Below are positions 58,311 through 64,000 of a stretch of DNA of 64,000 nucleotides, piece after piece; position 1 is the stretch's first letter; every line of letters starts with the position of its first letter. Under the pieces are notes generated by a model that saw only the letters and a list, made by a program, of their open reading frames with translations, was not told the origin of the DNA and made no database searches. The translations under genes and the position numbers were made by a program. Source of the DNA: Burkholderiales bacterium (GTDB lineage: Bacteria > Pseudomonadota > Gammaproteobacteria > Burkholderiales > SHXO01); contig JADZGB010000010.1 of the NCBI GenBank assembly GCA_020854105.1, forward strand, positions 149,518 to 213,517, written 5' to 3'.

Positions 58311-58772
58311 GTGAGCCTGCTCGCCACCCTGCTGCCCGCGTCCCACGTTCTGCTGGACGTGCCGGCCCGGGACAAGCGTGAGCTGCTCGACCGGGCGGCC
58401 GGCCTCCTCGAAGGCCAGGCCGGGATCGGCCGCGGGCAGATCCTGGACAGCCTGCTCGCGCGCGAGCGCCTGGGCTCCACCGGCCTGGGTAAGGGCGTCG
58501 CCATCCCGCATGGACGCATCAAGGGCCTGAGCGCACCGGTCGGGGCCTTCCTGCGCGCGCGCGCGGCCGTGCCCTTCGACGCGCCCGACGACGCCCCGGT
58601 GCGCCTGGTCTTCGTGCTGCTGGTACCGGAGAGGTCTACCGAACTGCACCTGCAGATCCTGGGCGAACTGGCGCAGATGCTGAGTGACCGCACCATGCGA
58701 GCCGATCTGGGCAGCGCCCCCGATGCGGCCGCCACGCAGCGCCTCATCGCCGCCTGGCGTTCGACGCTGTAG
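58311..58772 (+). CDS. ptsN: PTS IIA-Ntr (nitrogen regulatory IIA protein)
   Basis: GTG start. RERLGSTGLGKGVAIPHGR, with the phosphorylatable His, and VRLVFVLLVPE. Confidence 0.9.
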   Translation: MSLLATLLPASHVLLDVPARDKRELLDRAAGLLEGQAGIGRGQILDSLLARERLGSTGLGKGVAIPHGRIKGLSAPVGAFLRARAAVPFDAPDDAPVRLVFVLLVPERSTELHLQILGELAQMLSDRTMRADLGSAPDAAATQRLIAAWRSTL

Positions 58773-58779
58773 AGCGATC

Positions 58780-59721
58780 ATGCCGCGGATCAGCGTTTCC
58801 GAATTGTTCAGGGAGAACCAGGAAGCGCTGCAACTGTCCTGGCTGGAAGGCGAGCACCACACCGACGCCGCCCTCGACACGCGCCACATCAACCAGTCCA
58901 ACGAAGGCATCATCGGGCACCTGAACTTCTACCATCCGAACTGGATCCAGATCTTCAGCCGCACCGAAGCCGCCTACTTCGCGACCATGAGCGAGGCAGA
59001 GCGGGCGCAGGCCTTCACGCGGCTGCACGAGAGCGGGCTAGCCTGTGTCATCGTGGCGGACAACGAGCCTGTCCTGCCTGCCCTGCGGCAGTTCGCCGCG
59101 CGCATGCAGGTGCCGCTGATCGCCTCGCCGCTGCCCAGCCTGCAGATCATCTGGGTGATCCGCACCTACCTCGGCCGCGCGCTGGCGGAATTCGTCACGC
59201 GCCACGGCGTGCTGCTGGACGTGCTTGGCATGGGGGTCCTGCTCACCGGGGACAGCGGCGTGGGCAAGAGCGAACTGGCGCTCGAACTGATCACACGCGG
59301 CAGCGGACTGGTGGCCGACGACGTGGTCGAGCTGTACCACATCGCGCCCGAGACGCTCGAGGGGCGCTCGCCGGAGCTGCTCAAGGACTTCCTCGAGGTG
59401 CGCGGACTGGGCATGCTCAACATCCGCACCATCTTCGGCGAGACCGCGGTGCGCGTGCGCAAGAACCTCAAGCTCATCGTGCAGCTCGAACGTCCGGTGG
59501 GCGGCGTGATCCCGGGACTGGAGCGGCTGCCGCTGACGGCGAGCTTCGAGGAAATCATGGGCGTGGACATCCGCAAGGTGGTGCTGCCGGTGGCGGCGGG
59601 GCGCAACCTCGCCGTGCTGGTCGAGGCGGCCGTGCGCAACTACGTCCTGCAGCTGCGCGGCATCGACAGCACCCAGGACTTCATCAGGCGCCAGGAGCAG
59701 CACTTTGGCCGAGATACGTGA
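58780..59721 (+). CDS. hprK: HPr kinase/phosphorylase
   Basis: [37 protein letters not shown] and [16 protein letters not shown]. Confidence 0.9.
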   Translation: MPRISVSELFRENQEALQLSWLEGEHHTDAALDTRHINQSNEGIIGHLNFYHPNWIQIFSRTEAAYFATMSEAERAQAFTRLHESGLACVIVADNEPVLPALRQFAARMQVPLIASPLPSLQIIWVIRTYLGRALAEFVTRHGVLLDVLGMGVLLTGDSGVGKSELALELITRGSGLVADDVVELYHIAPETLEGRSPELLKDFLEVRGLGMLNIRTIFGETAVRVRKNLKLIVQLERPVGGVIPGLERLPLTASFEEIMGVDIRKVVLPVAAGRNLAVLVEAAVRNYVLQLRGIDSTQDFIRRQEQHFGRDT

Positions 59722-59749
59722 GCTTGGCCTGGGCGGCGGCAGCGGCCCG

Positions 59750-60592
59750 ATGCGTGTCATCCTCGTCACCGGCATGTCGGGCTCGGGCAAGAGCGTGGCG
59801 CTCAACGTGCTCGAGGACGTCGGCTACTACTGCGTTGACAACCTGCCGGCCAACCTGATTGGACAGGTGGTCGACTTCCTGCAACACACCGGCTATCTGC
59901 GCATCGCCGTTAGCGTGGACGTGCGCAGCGGTCCTGCCACGCTGCGCGAGCTGCCCGCCACGATCGCCGACCTGCGCAAGCGCCAGATCGATCTGCGCGT
60001 GCTGTTCCTGGATGCGCGCACGGACACGCTGGTCAAGCGCTTCTCCGAGACACGCCGCCGCCACCCGCTGTCTGACGAGACGCTGACGCTGCCCGAGTGC
60101 ATCGATGCCGAGCGCCAGATGCTGCAGGCCGTGGTGGCACAGGCGCACCGCATCGACACCAGCGAGCTGTCCACCAACGCCCTGCGGGCCTGGGTCAAGG
60201 ACTTCGCCGGCCTGCCCGGCGTGGGCTTGACGCTGCTGTTCGAGTCCTTCGGATTCAAGCACGGCATCCCGCTCGATGCCGACCTGGTGTTCGACGTGCG
60301 CTGCCTGCCCAACCCGCATTACGATCCGGTGCTGCGCCCGCTCACCGGGCGCGACCGGCAGGTGATCGCGTTCATGGAAGAGGTGCCGGACGCCTGTTCC
60401 ATGCTCGAGGACATCACGCGCTACGTCGAACGCTGGCTGCCGTGTTTCGTGCGCGACAACCGCAGCTATCTGACCGTGGCGATCGGTTGTACCGGCGGGC
60501 GTCACCGTTCGGTGTACTTCGTGGAGACGATGGCGAGGCACTTCCGCAGCACGCTGCCGGTGCTGGTTCGTCATCGCGAGCTGCGCGCATGA
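59750..60592 (+). CDS. rapZ: RNase adapter protein RapZ (YhbJ)
   Basis: [55 protein letters not shown]. Confidence 0.9.
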   Translation: MRVILVTGMSGSGKSVALNVLEDVGYYCVDNLPANLIGQVVDFLQHTGYLRIAVSVDVRSGPATLRELPATIADLRKRQIDLRVLFLDARTDTLVKRFSETRRRHPLSDETLTLPECIDAERQMLQAVVAQAHRIDTSELSTNALRAWVKDFAGLPGVGLTLLFESFGFKHGIPLDADLVFDVRCLPNPHYDPVLRPLTGRDRQVIAFMEEVPDACSMLEDITRYVERWLPCFVRDNRSYLTVAIGCTGGRHRSVYFVETMARHFRSTLPVLVRHRELRA

Positions 60593-61302
60593 ACGCCCTG
60601 CTCGCCGGACTGGCGCTCGCGGCGCTGGCCCTGCCCGCGCCGTCGCTCGCGGCGGACTGGACGCGCGTGGCGGTCAAGGATCAGCACGAGCATTACTACG
60701 ATCGCGCCAAGCTCGCCATCGACGGCGAGCTGATCACCTACTGGCGGCGCGTGGTGTTCCGGCCTGCGCAGGCAACGCGCAACGGGCTCGCCGCCACGGC
60801 CATGTACCGCGAACGCATCGACTGCGCCCTGCACAACCACCGCACGCTGGGCTATCTGCTCTACGCCCAGGACGGCAGCGTGCTCGAGAACGTGTACACG
60901 CCGGAGGCAGCGCCCGAGCCGATCATCCCGGAGACGCTGGGCGACCGCTTCGAGGGTGCGATGTGTGCGCTGGTGACACGCGAGCGCTCGCGCAACGTGG
61001 GGCGGCGCACGCCTGACCGGCCGCCGGAGAAACCGGTGGCCGAGCCCGCCGCGGACGCGACGCAGCGCACGATGGAGTCCGCCGCATCGCGTCCCGATCC
61101 GGCGCGGATGAACGAGAACGAACTGCTCACCGAGATCGCACGACTGGAGGAGCGTCTTGCGCAACTGCGCGCGCAGGTGGACGCGATGCGCGCGCCGGCG
61201 CCGGTAGCAGGCGAGACGCCGCCGCTGCGCCTGCCCGATCCCCTGCTCCTCCAGGACGATCAACGCGCAGCAGTGCTGCCACCCGGGACGCCGACGCCGT
61301 GA
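60589..61302 (+). CDS. Hypothetical secreted protein with a C-terminal coiled-coil/Pro-rich tail
   Basis: The ATG overlaps the rapZ stop (ATGA). Signal peptide [22 protein letters not shown]. The W..V.....YYD...L...G..I..W layout is reminiscent of surface-adhesin-E-like domains, but that link is weak. Confidence 0.5.
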   Translation: MNALLAGLALAALALPAPSLAADWTRVAVKDQHEHYYDRAKLAIDGELITYWRRVVFRPAQATRNGLAATAMYRERIDCALHNHRTLGYLLYAQDGSVLENVYTPEAAPEPIIPETLGDRFEGAMCALVTRERSRNVGRRTPDRPPEKPVAEPAADATQRTMESAASRPDPARMNENELLTEIARLEERLAQLRAQVDAMRAPAPVAGETPPLRLPDPLLLQDDQRAAVLPPGTPTP

Positions 61303-61919
61303 GCCCGCTCGTCGCGCTGGCATTCACCGGGGCGTCGGGCATGCCCTATGGCGTGCGCCTGCTCGAGTGCCTCCTGGGCGCGGGTGCGCAGGTGCATCTG
61401 CTGTACTCGCGGGTATCGCAGATCGTCGCGCGTCAGGAGATGGACCTGGCCCTGCCGGGCCGCGCGAAGGATGCCGAGGCGTTCTTCGCCGAGCGCTTCC
61501 ACGCGGCGCCCGGACAGCTGCGCGCGTTCGGGCGCGAGGAGTGGTTCGCGCCGGTCGCATCCGGTTCGAACCCGCCGGAGGCGATGGTGGTGTGCCCGTG
61601 CAGCATGGGCACGCTGGCCGCGATCGCACAGGGCCTGTCCGACAACCTCATCGAACGCGCGGCCGACGTGATGCTCAAGGAATCGCGCCGGCTGATCCTG
61701 GTACCGCGCGAGACACCGTTCTCCGCCATCCATCTGGAGAACATGCTGCGGCTGGCGCGCGCGGGCGCCGTCATCCTGCCCGCCAATCCCGGCTTCTACC
61801 ATCACCCGCAGCGGGTGGAGGACCTGGTGGACTTCGTCGTCGCGCGCGTGCTCGACCAGCTGCGCATCGCGCACACGCTGATGCCGCGCTGGGGCACGCC
61901 AGGCACCGACCCGGCCTGA
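61299..61919 (+). CDS. ubiX: Flavin prenyltransferase UbiX
   Basis: LAFTGASGMPYGVRLLE, VVCPCSMGTLAAIAQGLSDNLIERAADV, LVPRETP. Confidence 0.9.
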   Translation: MSPLVALAFTGASGMPYGVRLLECLLGAGAQVHLLYSRVSQIVARQEMDLALPGRAKDAEAFFAERFHAAPGQLRAFGREEWFAPVASGSNPPEAMVVCPCSMGTLAAIAQGLSDNLIERAADVMLKESRRLILVPRETPFSAIHLENMLRLARAGAVILPANPGFYHHPQRVEDLVDFVVARVLDQLRIAHTLMPRWGTPGTDPA

Positions 61920-61939
61920 CCCGGTCATCCGCCCTCGTC

Positions 61940-63055
61940 TCACGTACCGGCTGCAGCCGGTTGGCGAGCGAGCATCAGCAGGATCCTTCGCACCGGCACC
62001 GGCACCGCGGCACCCAGGGCATCGGGCGGCGTCAGCCACAGTCGGCCGGGTTCCTCGGCAGCCTGCACACGCGCTACGTCGGCCATCAGCGGATGGATGC
62101 GAAGCCGGAAGTGGGTGAAGCCGTGGTCGATGACGCCGAGCGTGTGCAACGCCTCCACGTCGAGGCCGAAACGGGCCCTGGCTTCCTCGCGGGCACGCTG
62201 GCCGTCGACCTCCGGGAAGCACCACAAGCCACCCCAGATGCCCGGCGCCGGCCGCTTCTCCAGCAGCAGTTCACCACACGCACGCAGCACCAGCATGTGC
62301 GTCTCCCGCTGAGGCAGAGCCCTGGCCGGACGCGGCGCGGGCAGTTGCGCGGTGCGATTCTGGCGCAGCGCCACGCAGGTCTCGCGCAGGGGACACGCCG
62401 GGCATCTGGGCGCACTGCGCACGCACACCCGTGCGCCCAGATCCATCAGTCCCTGCGTGTAGGCCTCGATGCAGGTTTCGGGCAGCAGCGCGTCCGCCAT
62501 CGTCCACAGGGTCTGCTCCACGCGTCGCTCGCCCGGATAGCCCTCGATGCCGAAGTGGCGCGCGAACACGCGCCGGACGTTGCCGTCGAGGATCGCCTGG
62601 CGCTCGCCGTAGGCGAAGGCGCAGATGGCCGCAGCGGTGGAGCGGCCGACCCCGGGCAGTTCGCACATCGCCTCGCGCGTGCGCGGGAAGCCACCGGCCG
62701 CCGCGACCGCCTTCGCCGCCGCGTGCAGATTGCGCGCACGCGCGTAGTAGCCCAGGCCGGCCCAGCCCTCGAGCACCGCGTCCTCGTTCGCGGCGGCGAG
62801 CGCCGCGACGTCAGGGAAGCGCGCCAGGAAACGCTGGTAGTACGGCACCACTGCCGTGACCTGCGTCTGCTGCAGCATGATCTCGGACAGCCAGATGCGG
62901 TAGGGATCGCGCGTGTGCTGCCAGGGCAGACCGTGGCGTCCATGCCGGCGCTGCCAGGCGATGACGCGGGCGGAGAAGGAAGTGTCTGTGTCGGTCACGA
63001 TGGCCGCGAGCGTGCCATGCCGGGAGGGGCACCGACAAGCCTGCCACAGCAGCAT
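61940..63055 (-). CDS. mutY: A/G-specific adenine DNA glycosylase
   Basis: LPWQHTRDPYRIWLSEIMLQQTQV, GLGYYARARNLH, LPGVGRSTAAAI, the Fe-S cluster cysteines (CVRSAPRCPACPLRETC) and a NUDIX-like C-terminus. An alternative GTG at 62998 would give an E. coli-like length. Confidence 0.9.
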   Translation of the reverse strand: MLLWQACRCPSRHGTLAAIVTDTDTSFSARVIAWQRRHGRHGLPWQHTRDPYRIWLSEIMLQQTQVTAVVPYYQRFLARFPDVAALAAANEDAVLEGWAGLGYYARARNLHAAAKAVAAAGGFPRTREAMCELPGVGRSTAAAICAFAYGERQAILDGNVRRVFARHFGIEGYPGERRVEQTLWTMADALLPETCIEAYTQGLMDLGARVCVRSAPRCPACPLRETCVALRQNRTAQLPAPRPARALPQRETHMLVLRACGELLLEKRPAPGIWGGLWCFPEVDGQRAREEARARFGLDVEALHTLGVIDHGFTHFRLRIHPLMADVARVQAAEEPGRLWLTPPDALGAAVPVPVRRILLMLARQPAAAGT

Positions 63056-63155
63056 GATGCTTGGGCTCCGGCTCGCGTCGCAGCGACGGTGGATGGATCC
63101 GGGTGCAAAAGCCAAGGCACCGCAGTGTGGACGAAACGAGTAAAATCCGTCCTGC

Positions 63156-63229
63156 GCGGGCGTAGTTCAATGGTAGAACGAAAGCTTCCCAAGCTTTAGA
63201 CGTGGGTTCGATTCCCATCGCCCGCTCCA
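63156..63229 (+). tRNA. tRNA-Gly (anticodon CCC), CCA encoded
   Basis: It folds by hand into a cloverleaf: acceptor GCGGGCG/CGCCCGC, D arm GTTC..GAAC, anticodon stem AAAGC/GCTTT with loop TTCCCAA, and T arm GTGGG-TTCGATT-CCCAT. Confidence 0.9.
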
Positions 63230-63350
63230 CTGCATCATTCCGCGGAATTCCGTGGACGGCCAGGAAGCGCTGTAAGTTGTTGTCACGACCGAAGTTTTTC
63301 GTGACTTGATGTTCCAGAGCCGTCTATCGAAATCCGCCTGAATCCGGGAC

Positions 63351-63377
63351 TTTTGGGCCCATTTTTGGGCCCATTTT
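63351..63377. repeat. Perfect tandem 12-mer TTTTGGGCCCAT x2 (+TTT) between the tRNA and the integrase
   Basis: Read directly at 63351-63362 and 63363-63374. Each unit holds the GGGCCC palindrome. The surrounding spacer has visibly lower GC than the rest of the window. Confidence 0.8.
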
Positions 63378-63467
63378 CACGGGTACGGCGGCTTCCGGAT
63401 TGTTGCTGGAGGAGCGCGGCTGACGAGATAACTATCCGGTTCCTGAAGCTCATTCAGGAGCCAGAGC

Positions 63468-64000
63468 ATGGTGCTCTCAGACATGGCCGTCCGGCGCGCG
63501 AAAGCCACCGGCAAGGCCTACGACCTTTACGACACGCTGGGCTTGTATCTGGCCGTCACCGCCAACGGTGGAAAGAGCTGGCACTTCCGCTATTACTGGC
63601 TGAACAAGCGCAAGCGGATGTCGTTCGGCACCTATCCGGAGGTGTCGCTACTCGAAGCTCGCGCGCTGCGGGACGCAGCTCGGGCCTTGGTGGCCAAAGG
63701 CATCAACCCGCGTGTCCACCGTAAGCAGAAGCGTGCCGCTGCCAAGCTCGCTGGCGAGCACACCTTCGAGGCTGTGTACAAGCAGTGGTTCGCCCACCGC
63801 GAACTCAGTCTCAAGAAGGGTCGGCAGTGCACGTCCTCGACGCTCCCGCGCATCTTCGACAAGGACGTTCTGCCCTTGTTGGGCAAGCGCTCGATCTACG
63901 AGATCAAGCGCCCCGATCTGCTGGAAGTGATCGCCAGAATCGAGCGGCGCAAAGCGCTGTCCGTCGCCGAGAAGGTGCGAACCTGGTTCAACCAGATGTT
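63468..64000 (+). CDS. int: P4-type tyrosine integrase, N-terminal part (3' end outside the window)
   Basis: CAGGAG RBS. The frame is open to the window end. LSDMAVRRAKATGKAYDLYDTLGLYLAVTANGGKSWHFRYYWLNKRKRMSFGTYPEVSLLEARALRDAARALVAKGINP is the DUF4102/arm-binding N-terminus of P4-like integrases. It lies 238 bp after a tRNA gene. Confidence 0.85.
   Translation, partial: MVLSDMAVRRAKATGKAYDLYDTLGLYLAVTANGGKSWHFRYYWLNKRKRMSFGTYPEVSLLEARALRDAARALVAKGINPRVHRKQKRAAAKLAGEHTFEAVYKQWFAHRELSLKKGRQCTSSTLPRIFDKDVLPLLGKRSIYEIKRPDLLEVIARIERRKALSVAEKVRTWFNQM

Noticed and set aside
52670-60592. Considered whether hprK/ptsN/rapZ next to rpoN in a Gram-negative genome is unusual.
   Set aside because: kdsD-kdsC-lptCAB-rpoN-hpf-ptsN-(hprK)-rapZ is a well-known conserved arrangement in many beta- and some gamma-proteobacteria. 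It is ordinary core genome.

Overview
The window is a GC-rich (third codon positions are almost all G/C) proteobacterial chromosomal segment, and most of it looks like core genome. From left to right it contains six blocks.

(1) 1-13.7 kb: an alpha-glucan/trehalose supercluster. It holds a glgE 3' end, a treS-maltokinase fusion, a membrane protein, an internally deleted glgC relic, glgX, treZ and an in-frame malQ-treY fusion.

(2) 13.8-21.9 kb: an MscS channel, a decayed PLD/VTT gene with an intact EEP-nuclease partner, a DUF883 protein, a GH100-like glycosidase, a TIR-TM-FGE(SUMF1) protein and a three-gene membrane-stress cluster with frameshifts.

(3) 22-35.6 kb: yaiI, deaD, a hydroxyacyl-CoA hydrolase, a zeta-toxin-like P-loop ATPase with a coupled small ORF, and a hydroxy-acid module (GFA, tartrate dehydrogenase-like, Ldh2-family and HpcH-aldolase genes) split by a 28-bp perfect inverted repeat. 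It also holds a block of secreted or unknown proteins, an aminotransferase and panE.

(4) 35.7-40.4 kb: one 1561-aa Upf1/DNA2-like SF1 helicase with a C-terminal DUF559/Vsr-like nuclease fold.

(5) 40.9-52.6 kb: an OFA-family MFS transporter, a phosphoesterase, a BON protein, an SBP with exbB-exbD-tonB, REP-type repeats and a PRC-barrel protein. It also holds a 78-aa protein ending in Gly-Gly coupled to an unknown 188-aa protein, folE, a PilZ protein, and an orphan minus-strand terminator preceded by a GGA-rich untranslated stretch.

(6) 52.7-63.1 kb: the canonical kdsD-kdsC-lptC-lptA-lptB-rpoN-hpf-ptsN-hprK-rapZ cluster, then ubiX and mutY. After these come tRNA-Gly(CCC) and the 5' part of a P4-type integrase, which marks the start of an island that runs off the window.

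I see no rRNA, no CRISPR array and no complete known defence system. The best candidates for something new are the TIR-TM-FGE protein, the giant helicase-nuclease, the GG-terminal small protein pair, the candidate sRNA and the island boundary.

A recurring theme is genes that look internally deleted, truncated or frameshifted. This is either real gene decay or assembly indels, and I cannot tell which from the sequence alone. All family assignments come from motif recognition by eye; no searches were run.
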